From an uncultured Bacillota bacterium (GTDB lineage: Bacteria > Bacillota_I > Bacilli_A > Erysipelotrichales > Erysipelotrichaceae), in assembly GCA_937919165.1 (NCBI GenBank), contig CALFPO010000026.1:4057-68056 (forward strand): a stretch of DNA of 64,000 nt. Direction: 5' to 3'. Shown here piece by piece: positions 44,158 through 53,792 of the stretch (positions within the stretch are counted from its first letter, which is position 1; the number at the start of each line of letters is the position of its first letter). The position numbers were made by a program, and so were the translations under genes. Under the pieces are notes generated by a model that saw nothing but the letters and a program-made list of their open reading frames with translations, did no database searches and had not been told where the DNA came from.

Positions 44158-44532
44158 ATGTTAAATATCAACTTAAGAGCTGGATTATTAATATCATCAA
44201 TCATAGTTTTTGGCTTCATTTTATTCACGGTAATAAAGAATAAGCTGAATATCAAATATTCAATCGTATGGATTCTATGGGCTCTTTTGACATTGCTTAT
44301 GTCAGTATTCCCTGAATCGTTCTATGCTGTTGCAGGCTTCTTAGGAATCGAGATGCCGGTCAATGCCGTGTTCCTTATCATGGCTACGCTGCTGTACGGC
44401 TTGGTGTTCTATGTATACATCATGATATCGAAGCACAATAACGAGATAACGGATCTGACCTATGAAATAGCTGATCTCAAAAAAAAGCTCGAAGAAAAAG
44501 AAACCAAAGCAACAAAGAAGAAAACCAAATAA
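44158..44532 (+). CDS. DUF2304-family small membrane protein
   Basis: 124 aa with 3-4 TM helices. 'KYSIVWILWALLTLLMSVFPESFYAVAGFLGIEMPVNAVF' and a charged coiled-coil tail. Canonical position after a GT2. Confidence 0.7.
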   Translation: MLNINLRAGLLISSIIVFGFILFTVIKNKLNIKYSIVWILWALLTLLMSVFPESFYAVAGFLGIEMPVNAVFLIMATLLYGLVFYVYIMISKHNNEITDLTYEIADLKKKLEEKETKATKKKTK

Positions 44533-45765
44533 ATGAAAGACAGAATGTTTGTCGTGCCTGGCACTTTTGTGCCATTCAACGACACCGTTACCCTGCTTAC
44601 ATACAAGAGACTGAGAAACCTTGACCTGGACATGGATGTTTTTGCGTTCAAGGCAAAAGAGGATCCGGGCCTGATGAAGGAACTTGAGAAAGACGAATGC
44701 TTCAAGAAATTCCATATCAGATATACATCCGATTATGAGAACGCCATTGCAAGAAATCATCCGATAAGACTTCCTTTGAGTTTGATCCTGATGAACAAGT
44801 ATGTAAGAGATTCTCTTCAAGAATTCGAAAAGGGAGAATACAAGTATCTATTCACTTCTATCGTTCCCGGCATTAGCCATATCTGCGGAATGAAGATAAA
44901 GAAGAAACATCCGGAAGTGAAATGGTATGCTTCTTTTTCCGATCCTTTCAAGAATTCGCCATACAAGAAAGCTGAGTTGAGCGACCGCAGCATCATCTAT
45001 AAATTCATATATAGTGTCGGCGGCTTCTTCCTCTACAACAACCGTTTTGAGGAAGCGGCTATCAGAAATGCCGATAAGTTCATCTTCATCTGTGAGGAAC
45101 AAAGAGATTTCACCTTGTCTCAATATCCGGACATGGATAGAGAAGAGCTGATGAAGAAGTCGATCATCATGCCTTTGACATACATTCCGTCTTGGGACAT
45201 GTACAAGAAGCTTATCGATGTGCCTAGAGTTGAACACACTCCTAAGCAGGCTGTTCATCTTGGAAGACTGTACGGACTAAGGAAGATCGATTCATTCATT
45301 GAAGCATTGAGAGAACTTAAGCAGGAAGATTCTGATCTAAAGGACAAGATTGTTTTCCATCAGTATTCAGAGATTCAGTCTACCGATATAAGAAAAATCA
45401 AGGAATATGGGCTTGAAGATGTGTTTGTGATTCATGACAAGGTAAGCTATGACGGATCGGTTGAGATAATGAAAGAATCTGATATCCTTGTCCTTTTCGA
45501 TACATTGATGCCAGACAAACCTGTACAGCCATATCTTCCTAGCAAGATTGTTGAGTATCTGATGCTGAAGAAACCGATATTGGGCATCTGTGATGACAAC
45601 AGCCCTAGTTACCGCATTCTGAAAGAATATGGCTTTGATGCGGTAGGATCAGAGAAAGACATCATAAAAGATAATATCCGCAAGGTAATCAACGAAAATA
45701 GGACATACGACTACAGTATCGAAAAAATGAACAACGATAATTATGTTAAACTATTAGAAGATTAA
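44533..45765 (+). CDS. Putative GT-B glycosyltransferase (GT4-like)
   Basis: 410 aa. The C-terminal 'LPSKIVEYLMLKKPILG' resembles the GT-B E-x7-E region. The start abuts the upstream stop. Confidence 0.5.
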   Translation: MKDRMFVVPGTFVPFNDTVTLLTYKRLRNLDLDMDVFAFKAKEDPGLMKELEKDECFKKFHIRYTSDYENAIARNHPIRLPLSLILMNKYVRDSLQEFEKGEYKYLFTSIVPGISHICGMKIKKKHPEVKWYASFSDPFKNSPYKKAELSDRSIIYKFIYSVGGFFLYNNRFEEAAIRNADKFIFICEEQRDFTLSQYPDMDREELMKKSIIMPLTYIPSWDMYKKLIDVPRVEHTPKQAVHLGRLYGLRKIDSFIEALRELKQEDSDLKDKIVFHQYSEIQSTDIRKIKEYGLEDVFVIHDKVSYDGSVEIMKESDILVLFDTLMPDKPVQPYLPSKIVEYLMLKKPILGICDDNSPSYRILKEYGFDAVGSEKDIIKDNIRKVINENRTYDYSIEKMNNDNYVKLLED

Positions 45766-45766
45766 C

Positions 45767-47833
45767 ATGTCGGATAAGAAAATTAAAAACAAGAAACCGA
45801 AGATATCAAAAGACAAGAAGAGAAGGATGATAAGCATCCTGCTTTTTGCCATATGGGCATCCGTGGTTGCCTTGACGTTGTTGATATATAGACCAACTTT
45901 AGGAAAGCTATCAAGCGGAAACGAACTGTGCGACAAGGTGATTGAGCTTGATGAGAATACATTCTTGAGAGCCAACATTCCATCTACTGATGGTGCAGAT
46001 GGCGTTTCTATCAAATTTGCGACCTATCGCCGCAGCAACAGCGGAAACATATACGTTACTGTAACAGGAAAAGACAGCGGCAAGGAATATGCCAAAGAAA
46101 CAATCGATGTAAAGACACTTCAGGACAATACCTTCTCAACAATTCAATTAAATGAAAAACTGAATTCAAAAGAGGATAACGAGATTGTTGTTCACATCAA
46201 GTCAAACAGCAAGAGCGGATCTGCGGCCGGTGTCTATTATTCTACCGAGAAATGCTTTGAGGACAGTTCGTTTTTCATCAAGAACGTCAATACTGAAGGA
46301 GACCTTACTGTAAGATTTCTGCAGGATGACGCTGATCTTCATAGATTCTATCTGATAATCATTATTTGGGTAATTGTATCCTTCACGATAATCGCTGTGC
46401 TGGAGCTGTTTGTAAAGCCTAAATACGAAATCCTATTCATGGTCATTGCGCTCGTTTTCGGTCTGACATTCTGCGTCATCATGACACCGATGTCTCCACC
46501 TGATGAGACAACCCACTATGAGTATTCGTTCCAGGTTTCCAGCATACTCATGGGCGACAAGGAAAACCACCTTGTTTTCAATGAAGAGTATCAGAACTAT
46601 GGTTCATGGGGTGGACATAGAAATGTTTCAGCAGCCTATGTAAGGCTTCTCAACAAGATCAATAAGCCATTGTCATTAAGAGACACGGAAGTGACGATGC
46701 TGTTTGACATAGAGGAGAACTATAAGTTCGCTTTCTTGCCGCAGGCGTTGGGCATAACTTTAGGAAGACTTCTGAACTGGAATATGCTTAGAACCTTCTA
46801 TCTTGGAAGACTGTTCAATCTGGCTTTCTATGTGCTTTGCGTTTTCATCGCCATAAAGAAGACTCCAATACATAAGGTGCTGTTTGGCATTATCGCGACA
46901 ACGCCTATCTTCATGCAGCAGGCTGGATCGTATTCGTATGATGCGTTTGTCAATGGCATGAGCTTGATTACGATTGCCTATACATTGAAATGGATGTTTG
47001 AGAAAGACAAGGTCAAGATTGTCGATCTGATCATCGTGTTCATTGTTGACCTGTGGCTTGCGCCATGTAAAGCCGTATATAGCTGTCTTTCATTCCTCTT
47101 CTGGCTTGTGCCTGCAAACAGATTTGGCGGAAAACTGAAGAAGTTCCTTATAGTGCTTGTATTGACGGCACCTGGCATCTATCAGATGGTAGCTTTGGTT
47201 TGGCCTTTTGCGATCAAGATGGTCGGTGACATAAAAGATATGCTTGCTCAAGCGAAAGAAATGACCGGTGTCGCTATCGCCAGAATCAGAGGATTCATGT
47301 CTCCGAACCTTGAAGGAAGCGAGATTCCTTCATTTGGTGATCTGATAAGGAATCCAAAAGAAGCGATTATGCTGTTCTATAGAACAATAAGATACAACAT
47401 CAAGAACTGGTTCTATGATTCGGTAGGAAGATCGTTGTCTGGCGAGACTTTGGTGCTTCCGATAACTATGGTTCATATTCTGCTTGGAATCATTGTGATG
47501 GCTGCCTTCAGAAGAGAAGATTATGTAGAATCGCCATTCCTGAAAGCGATGATGGTGTTTGTCTGCATCGTTTTGGGATTCGGTTTCATGCTTGGCATGC
47601 TGCTGGCATGGACAGAAGACAATAGAGACATGATGCTTGAAAGCGAACTGGGATTGATGGTAAACGGCGTACAGGGAAGGTACTTCTCTCCGCTGCTTCC
47701 TTATTTCTTCTCCATCCTAAACAACAAAAAGATAGGTTTGCCAAAGGAATCTGATAAATACCTGCTGTCAGCACAGCTTATCCTGATATTTGAGATAGTT
47801 GTGTATGTACTGTCATATACATTCGTTAACTAA
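45767..47833 (+). CDS. DUF2142-family polytopic membrane protein (GT-C-like) with an N-terminal extracytoplasmic domain
   Basis: 688 aa. Basic N-terminus, one TM helix, a soluble segment of about 150 aa, then a multi-TM body containing 'MTPMSPPDETTHYEYSF' (DUF2142-type D-E...H block). Confidence 0.65.
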   Translation: MSDKKIKNKKPKISKDKKRRMISILLFAIWASVVALTLLIYRPTLGKLSSGNELCDKVIELDENTFLRANIPSTDGADGVSIKFATYRRSNSGNIYVTVTGKDSGKEYAKETIDVKTLQDNTFSTIQLNEKLNSKEDNEIVVHIKSNSKSGSAAGVYYSTEKCFEDSSFFIKNVNTEGDLTVRFLQDDADLHRFYLIIIIWVIVSFTIIAVLELFVKPKYEILFMVIALVFGLTFCVIMTPMSPPDETTHYEYSFQVSSILMGDKENHLVFNEEYQNYGSWGGHRNVSAAYVRLLNKINKPLSLRDTEVTMLFDIEENYKFAFLPQALGITLGRLLNWNMLRTFYLGRLFNLAFYVLCVFIAIKKTPIHKVLFGIIATTPIFMQQAGSYSYDAFVNGMSLITIAYTLKWMFEKDKVKIVDLIIVFIVDLWLAPCKAVYSCLSFLFWLVPANRFGGKLKKFLIVLVLTAPGIYQMVALVWPFAIKMVGDIKDMLAQAKEMTGVAIARIRGFMSPNLEGSEIPSFGDLIRNPKEAIMLFYRTIRYNIKNWFYDSVGRSLSGETLVLPITMVHILLGIIVMAAFRREDYVESPFLKAMMVFVCIVLGFGFMLGMLLAWTEDNRDMMLESELGLMVNGVQGRYFSPLLPYFFSILNNKKIGLPKESDKYLLSAQLILIFEIVVYVLSYTFVN

Positions 47834-47843
47834 GGTGAACAAG

Positions 47844-48944
47844 ATGAAAGTATCGATTGTTACTTGTTTTGAATCAAATGAAGAACGTGCAAGCTTTGTC
47901 CTGGAAGCCTGCAAGCAGAGAGGTTATATTGCCAAGGCAATTACGACAGACTTTTCTCATGTGAGAAAGGCAAAAAGAGAAAGCGTACGTGAGGGATTCA
48001 CGGCAGTCAAGACAGATGGTTATGAGAAGAATCTCTCTGTTGCTAGGATGAAATCCCATGCCAAGTTTGCGAAGGATGCTTTTGAGCTTGTCGAAAGACA
48101 ACAGCCAGATTTGATATGGTGTATCGCTCCGGCGAACTCGTTGATCAAGGAAGCCAAGAAATACAAAGAAAAATATCCTTCAGTGAAGATAATTGTCGAC
48201 ATCATTGACATGTGGCCTGAATCATTGCCTATGAATATAAACAAGAACATCTTCCCATTCAATATCTGGAGAAATGTTCGAAAAGACAATATCGGCTGTG
48301 CTGACCTTGTTGTGACCGAATGCGAGTTCTATCAGAATACTCTAATAAATGAGTATAAGGGGCAGATGGAAACTATCTATTGGGCAAAAGATGGCAAGAC
48401 ATATCATGAGAAGCTGAATGTTCCTGATGACAAGATATCATTGGCATATCTTGGTTCCATCAACAACATCATTGATGTTGAATTGATAAAGAAAGCAATC
48501 AGCAACATCGATCGTGAGGTTGTTCTGCATATTATCGGTGATGGCGAAAACAAAGGAAATTTCATCAGTTCTTTAAGCCAAGCATGCACAATTGAAGACC
48601 ATGGTGTAGTTAGAGATGAGGAAGAGAAGGCTAAGATATTCGCTCGTTGCCATGCAGGAATCAACATCTATAAAGAAGGATTATATATTGGTCTAACCAG
48701 CAAATGCATCGATTATTTTGAACATGGCTTGCCTATCATAAACAATATCAAGGGAGATACCTGGCTGTTTGTGAAGAAGAACAGGCTTGGCATCAATGTC
48801 GATGAGAATACCAGAATCAGACATAGAGATATTGAAAGAATGAGAATCAACAATGATTCTATCTATGATATATACAACAATAACTTTACTAAGAAAGTAT
48901 TCATTAAGAACTGCCTATCGGCAATCGATAAGGTGATGAAATGA
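47844..48944 (+). CDS. Putative GT-B glycosyltransferase
   Basis: 'MKVSIVTCFESNEERASF' N-terminus and 'LTSKCIDYFEHGLPIINN' C-terminal block. ATG 47844 follows the upstream stop (47831-47833) and AAGGTG. The track start 47799 would overlap it by 35 nt. Confidence 0.5.
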   Translation: MKVSIVTCFESNEERASFVLEACKQRGYIAKAITTDFSHVRKAKRESVREGFTAVKTDGYEKNLSVARMKSHAKFAKDAFELVERQQPDLIWCIAPANSLIKEAKKYKEKYPSVKIIVDIIDMWPESLPMNINKNIFPFNIWRNVRKDNIGCADLVVTECEFYQNTLINEYKGQMETIYWAKDGKTYHEKLNVPDDKISLAYLGSINNIIDVELIKKAISNIDREVVLHIIGDGENKGNFISSLSQACTIEDHGVVRDEEEKAKIFARCHAGINIYKEGLYIGLTSKCIDYFEHGLPIINNIKGDTWLFVKKNRLGINVDENTRIRHRDIERMRINNDSIYDIYNNNFTKKVFIKNCLSAIDKVMK

Positions 48945-49852
48945 AACTGATTGTCCTGCTTTCTACATACAACGGCGAAAGATATCTGAGACAGCAGCTT
49001 GATTCTTTGATCAATCAGGATCTTAAGCCTGACAAGATTTTGGTTAGGGATGATGGATCAAAGGACGATACAATCAATATTCTTGAAGAATATGCTTCTG
49101 AGCATCCTTTTATTGAGTACTACTACGGACAAAACAAGAAGCCGGCAAGATCGTTTTGGGAACTCATGAGTGTTGCGGATGAGGCAGACTATTATGCCTT
49201 GTGCGATCAGGATGATGTTTGGCAGAAAGACAAGCTTTCTGTTGCCGTAAATATGCTGGAAAAAGAAGACAAGGACATTCCGCTTCTTTACTGCAGCAAG
49301 TATACCTTGACTGATGAGAATCTCAATCCTATGGAGACTGAGATTTCTAAACTATATTCATATACTGATTTTGCGCATTCTTTGCTGTATCATACAGCAC
49401 CGGGATGCACTTTTGTATTCAATAACTTAGCCAGAAAGAAAGCATTGCAGTATGACCTTAGCAAGGAATTTTTCATGATTCATGACGCTATCATCCACAA
49501 GGTGGTGGCAATGTTTGGCAAGGTCATATTGGATAATGATTCGCATATCTACTATCGCCAGCATGGAAACAATGAGATAGGAATGAAATCTGGGCCAATC
49601 AAGACCTTCATTTCAAGAATCAACAATTTCACCAGCGGAAAGATGATCAACTACCGCAGCAAGACAGCAAAGTCATTGCTGAACGTATATGGAAACGAAT
49701 GCAGCGACGAGCAGAGAAGATTGCTGGAGATAGTCGCAAATTATAAAACAGACAAGAAACTTAGAGAGCATTTGATCAATGACGAGTGTTTCAAGACACA
49801 TACGATCAACGATCAATTCTTCAAGGTTTTGGTAATGCTCAATTATATTTGA
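48941..49852 (+). CDS. Glycosyltransferase family 2
   Basis: 'LSTYNGERYLRQQLDSLINQ', 'DDGSKDDT' and 'CDQDDVW' (DxD). Confidence 0.85.
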   Translation: MKLIVLLSTYNGERYLRQQLDSLINQDLKPDKILVRDDGSKDDTINILEEYASEHPFIEYYYGQNKKPARSFWELMSVADEADYYALCDQDDVWQKDKLSVAVNMLEKEDKDIPLLYCSKYTLTDENLNPMETEISKLYSYTDFAHSLLYHTAPGCTFVFNNLARKKALQYDLSKEFFMIHDAIIHKVVAMFGKVILDNDSHIYYRQHGNNEIGMKSGPIKTFISRINNFTSGKMINYRSKTAKSLLNVYGNECSDEQRRLLEIVANYKTDKKLREHLINDECFKTHTINDQFFKVLVMLNYI

Positions 49853-49867
49853 TAAAATATTATAGTT

Positions 49868-51286
49868 ATGACAAAAGAGAAGCTTAAGAAGATATTCTTG
49901 CTAATATTCCTTGCTACTGTAATTATGCTTACAGGTTTTAGGCTGTTGGCTGGTGAACAGTTTGAATATCGTGATTCTCGATACAACATAGGCATGGAAG
50001 CTGCCGATTCGGCTACCGAAGAGCTTCATAAAGGTGTTGTTGTTGAACAGGAATTCATAAATAAGATCGATAGATTCTCATCTATGACCTTTGCGTATAC
50101 AACCCATTACCGCAAGAATCATGGAACATTAAGAATAAAGCTATACTGTGACGATAGTCTTCTGATATACGAGAAGATTGATGTTTCCTCTTTGAATGAG
50201 GGAGAAGTCATCTATATCGAGGCAGATAAGATGATTGAGGACCTTGTTGGCCGAAAGTTTAGGGTTTCTTTGGAAGCTGATTCGCAGCCTGGATCAGGCA
50301 TATCGTTGCTGATGAATTCCAAAGGAAAACAAGGAAACATGTACATCAGCAACATGAGAAGATTCGGCAATCTTTGCTTCTCTGCTCAAGGACAGGAGTA
50401 CATCTTCACTGGCCAGTATTACTGGTATATGGCTTTGGGTGTATGGGCAGCTGTTGCCTTGGCGCTATATCTTTCATATCGCGATTTCTGCAATGGCAAG
50501 CCAAACTATATCGTGATCGCCATAATGGCAATCGGAAGATACAAATTTCTGATCAGCCAGTTGGTTGCCAGAGATTTCAAATCAAAATACAAGAGATCAG
50601 TATTGGGTATCTTCTGGAGCTTCCTGAATCCATTGCTGACGATGACGGTTCAGTATTTCGTATTCTCAACATTCTTCAATAGCGATACCAAGAACTATCT
50701 TGTATATCTTTTGGCAGGCGTTGTCTGCTACAACTTCTTCAATGAAGCAACAACAATGTGCCTTACTTCCGTATCTGGAAATGCAAGGCTCATCACAAAG
50801 GTCTATATTCCAAAATACATATTCCCATTGTCTAGAACAATCTCATCAATGATAAATCTCGGCATCTCTTTAATACCGCTTTTGCTTGTAAGCCTATTTA
50901 CGGGAGTGGTGCTTCAGAAGTCGGCTATTCTGGTGTTCTACTTCTTGGCTTGCCTTGTGGTGTTTGCCTTGGGTGTAGGAATGCTTCTGGCTACTTTGAT
51001 GGTATTCTTCAGAGATATCCAATTTTTGTGGAGCGTTTTGAGCATGATCTGGATGTATGCGACGCCAATCTTCTATCCTGCAAGCATCATTCCAGAGAAG
51101 TACAGCTTCATCATGGATCTTAATCCGCTTCAGCATTTCATCAAGAATGTAAGAATGTGCCTGATCGATGGCATATCGCCAGGTCCTAAGTCATATATAT
51201 TCTGTTTCATATTTGCAGTCGGTTCGCTGCTTTTGGGTCTGTTTGTATTCAAGAAGGAACAGGATAAGTTCACCCTTTATCTGTAG
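49868..51286 (+). CDS. wzm: ABC-2 type polysaccharide exporter permease (Wzm/TagG-like) with an N-terminal extension of about 200 aa
   Basis: The C-terminal ~270 aa start with 'ARDFKSKYKRSVLGIFWSFLNPLL' (ABC-2 permease signature) followed by 6 TM helices. The N-terminal part is a TM helix, a soluble segment of about 150 aa, and a second TM helix. Confidence 0.8.
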   Translation: MTKEKLKKIFLLIFLATVIMLTGFRLLAGEQFEYRDSRYNIGMEAADSATEELHKGVVVEQEFINKIDRFSSMTFAYTTHYRKNHGTLRIKLYCDDSLLIYEKIDVSSLNEGEVIYIEADKMIEDLVGRKFRVSLEADSQPGSGISLLMNSKGKQGNMYISNMRRFGNLCFSAQGQEYIFTGQYYWYMALGVWAAVALALYLSYRDFCNGKPNYIVIAIMAIGRYKFLISQLVARDFKSKYKRSVLGIFWSFLNPLLTMTVQYFVFSTFFNSDTKNYLVYLLAGVVCYNFFNEATTMCLTSVSGNARLITKVYIPKYIFPLSRTISSMINLGISLIPLLLVSLFTGVVLQKSAILVFYFLACLVVFALGVGMLLATLMVFFRDIQFLWSVLSMIWMYATPIFYPASIIPEKYSFIMDLNPLQHFIKNVRMCLIDGISPGPKSYIFCFIFAVGSLLLGLFVFKKEQDKFTLYL

Positions 51287-51294
51287 GAGTACCG

Positions 51295-52047
51295 ATGGCT
51301 AAAGAGAAAGTTATTGAAGTCAAGAATGTAACAATGAAATTCAGAATGAGCGATGAACCTATAAACTCACTGAAAGAAATCTTTACTACGGCCATAAAGG
51401 GAAATCTCAGATTCAACGAGTTTTTGGCTTTGGATGATGTGTCCTTTGAGGTATTGAAAGGGGAGACATTGGGACTTATAGGAAACAATGGTGCCGGAAA
51501 GTCCACAACCCTGAAGCTCATATCAGGCATCCTCAAGCCAACAAGCGGAACTATAATCACCAAAGGAAATATCGTTCCTATGCTGGAGCTTGGTGCAGGT
51601 TTTGACCTTGAGCTTACCGGCAGAGAAAACATCTATCTTAATGGCGCAATACTTGGTTATTCTAAGGAATATCTTGAATCAAAATATGAAGAGATTGTCG
51701 ATTTTGCGGAAATAAGAGAATTCATCGATATGCCTATCAGAAACTACTCATCGGGCATGATGGCAAAACTGGCGTTCTCGATTGCGTCAGTTGTTCAACC
51801 AGAGATACTTATCGTTGATGAAATATTGGCTGTTGGAGACATTGCTTTCCAGAAGAAGAGCTATAGCCGCATGAAAGAACTTATGTCTGGCGGTGCAACG
51901 GTGCTGTTTGTATCTCACGATATCGAAAAGATCGAAGAGATGTGCGATAAGGTCGTTTGGCTCAATCATGGCAAAGTTGTCATGAATGGCGAAGCGGAAG
52001 AAGTATGCAAAGCTTATAGAGAAGCTCAAGGAATAAAAGAAGAATGA
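51295..52047 (+). CDS. wzt: Polysaccharide/teichoic-acid exporter ATP-binding protein (Wzt/TagH-like), short form
   Basis: Walker A 'GLIGNNGAGKSTTLK', signature 'YSSGMMAKLAF', Walker B 'ILIVDEILAVGD'. Only 250 aa, so it has no C-terminal carbohydrate-binding domain. Confidence 0.9.
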   Translation: MAKEKVIEVKNVTMKFRMSDEPINSLKEIFTTAIKGNLRFNEFLALDDVSFEVLKGETLGLIGNNGAGKSTTLKLISGILKPTSGTIITKGNIVPMLELGAGFDLELTGRENIYLNGAILGYSKEYLESKYEEIVDFAEIREFIDMPIRNYSSGMMAKLAFSIASVVQPEILIVDEILAVGDIAFQKKSYSRMKELMSGGATVLFVSHDIEKIEEMCDKVVWLNHGKVVMNGEAEEVCKAYREAQGIKEE

Positions 52048-53792
52048 ATGCGCTGATTGTTTCTACTACTTTTATTCCTTCTGTTTTATTATGCGGACAT
52101 TGTCAGCTTGAATACCTGGAGAAGCAGGGCAAGCTGAACTACAAGTTCGTCATTTCCCATTTCATCAACAAGCGTAATGTCGAATGGGCTGACATCATCA
52201 TTTTCTTGCGCAGCGATTCTGATATCGATGCCTATGTTTCAAAGATTGCCAAGAAGGCAGGCAAGAAGCTCATCTATGTCATGGATGACGATCTGCTCAA
52301 TGTGCCAAACTATCTGAGCAGTTCACCATACTATCTGCTTCCTTCAACACAGAAGAACATCAGATCTATCATGTCTAATTGCGACACCTTTCTTACGCCT
52401 TCACCTGTACTGCGGGAGAAATATGGGAAGAATTTTGAGCATACCTATCTGATACCTGAACCATCTCTCAATCGCATCAACAAGAAAGAAGAGAACGAAA
52501 AGGTGAAGATCGGTTTTGCTGGATCGATAGATAGAGCTCAGGATCTGAATGTATTGCTTAAGGATGCCATAACAGAAATCGTCAACAAATATGGCGAGAG
52601 CATCGAGATAGAATTCATGGGTGCAAAGCCTAATTTTGTCGATGAACTTGGCTTGAAACATCTGCCATATCAGGATGGTTATGATGCCTATACAGCATAT
52701 ATGGCCAAATGCAACTGGGACATCGGTTTGGCTCCAATGCCTGAGAGCGAATTCCATCGCTGCAAATACTTCAATAAATACGTTGAATACGCATCATTTG
52801 GCATAGCTGGAATATATTCTAATCTTGAGCCATATACATTCGGCATCAGAGACAAAGAGAATGGCTTATTGGTAAACAACACAACCAAAGATTGGGTTGA
52901 TGCGATATCAAGACTTATTGATGACAAGAAGCTTAGAAGCAAGATATCTAAGGAATGTCTAAGAGAAGCAAATGAAGTATACGCTCTTGATATCTTGTCT
53001 GAAGACTATTTCGACAAGATGACAAGAGACTATAAGGAAACGGAAAAGGCAGCGATTCCAGGCCTGGGATTTGCGAAATTCATCATCTTCTTCAAGAGAG
53101 TATTCAGGAAAGTAAAAGAACAGGGACTCAATTTCCCTAGATGGTTCATCGAGAAGATCAGCAAGAAGATGAACGATCGCAAGAAGAGAAAAACCGCTTC
53201 ACGCAACAAGATAAAGCTTCTGGAAACAATCAGAAACAGGGAAACCATGTTCATAGTGGCACCAATGTTTGATGATTCGCAAAACGAATACAACAATAGA
53301 GTGAAACTGATAGATGAAGGTCTGGATGATTACTTCCGAATCTACTATTCTGGCGAAGATCGCATTGCCGAATATCTTGATGTCGAATTAGTAGATGATG
53401 ATCATGCAACCATCATCTGCAACAGCTTCGACATCAGCCAATGCGAGGAGACCTTGAAGATTGTCAAGGAAGCCAAGAACTGTCTGATTCACAGTGTCAT
53501 CAGATTCATGAGAGACAAGATATCAAACGATATGTACGCCATATTCGATGATGAAGAAATAAAGACGATCTGGGATACCCATGGCATGATTCCTGAGAAG
53601 TATCATGAGGCATCTAACTATCATACGGAAAAGGTCACCGGTGATATAGAGAAGATATTCTATGAAAAATCTGATGTCATCATCGTCAATGATGAAAACG
53701 AGATGAAGCATCTGATGGACAAATATGGAAAGAATGACGCCAAATTTGTATCGTATGGCGAAAAAGATAAAGGAAACAAGATAGCATGCTGA
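52044..53792 (+). CDS. Multidomain glycosyltransferase: GT-B module, basic linker, and an isolated N-terminal-half GT-B module
   Basis: aa 1-335 look GT-B ('KIGFAGSIDRAQDL', 'CKYFNKYVEYASFGIAGIYSN'). aa ~390-582 align co-linearly with aa ~74-258 of the next ORF. Confidence 0.55.
   Translation: MNALIVSTTFIPSVLLCGHCQLEYLEKQGKLNYKFVISHFINKRNVEWADIIIFLRSDSDIDAYVSKIAKKAGKKLIYVMDDDLLNVPNYLSSSPYYLLPSTQKNIRSIMSNCDTFLTPSPVLREKYGKNFEHTYLIPEPSLNRINKKEENEKVKIGFAGSIDRAQDLNVLLKDAITEIVNKYGESIEIEFMGAKPNFVDELGLKHLPYQDGYDAYTAYMAKCNWDIGLAPMPESEFHRCKYFNKYVEYASFGIAGIYSNLEPYTFGIRDKENGLLVNNTTKDWVDAISRLIDDKKLRSKISKECLREANEVYALDILSEDYFDKMTRDYKETEKAAIPGLGFAKFIIFFKRVFRKVKEQGLNFPRWFIEKISKKMNDRKKRKTASRNKIKLLETIRNRETMFIVAPMFDDSQNEYNNRVKLIDEGLDDYFRIYYSGEDRIAEYLDVELVDDDHATIICNSFDISQCEETLKIVKEAKNCLIHSVIRFMRDKISNDMYAIFDDEEIKTIWDTHGMIPEKYHEASNYHTEKVTGDIEKIFYEKSDVIIVNDENEMKHLMDKYGKNDAKFVSYGEKDKGNKIAC

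Noticed and set aside
47799-47843. Track starts further upstream than my calls: ATG 47799, and TTG starts at 2057, 5170, 15805, 36537 and 39901.
   Set aside because: In each case an in-frame ATG a few codons downstream removes a long overlap with the upstream gene or has better RBS spacing (for example GGAGG at 36531-36535 and GGAGGAAG at 39903). The exact starts remain unverified.
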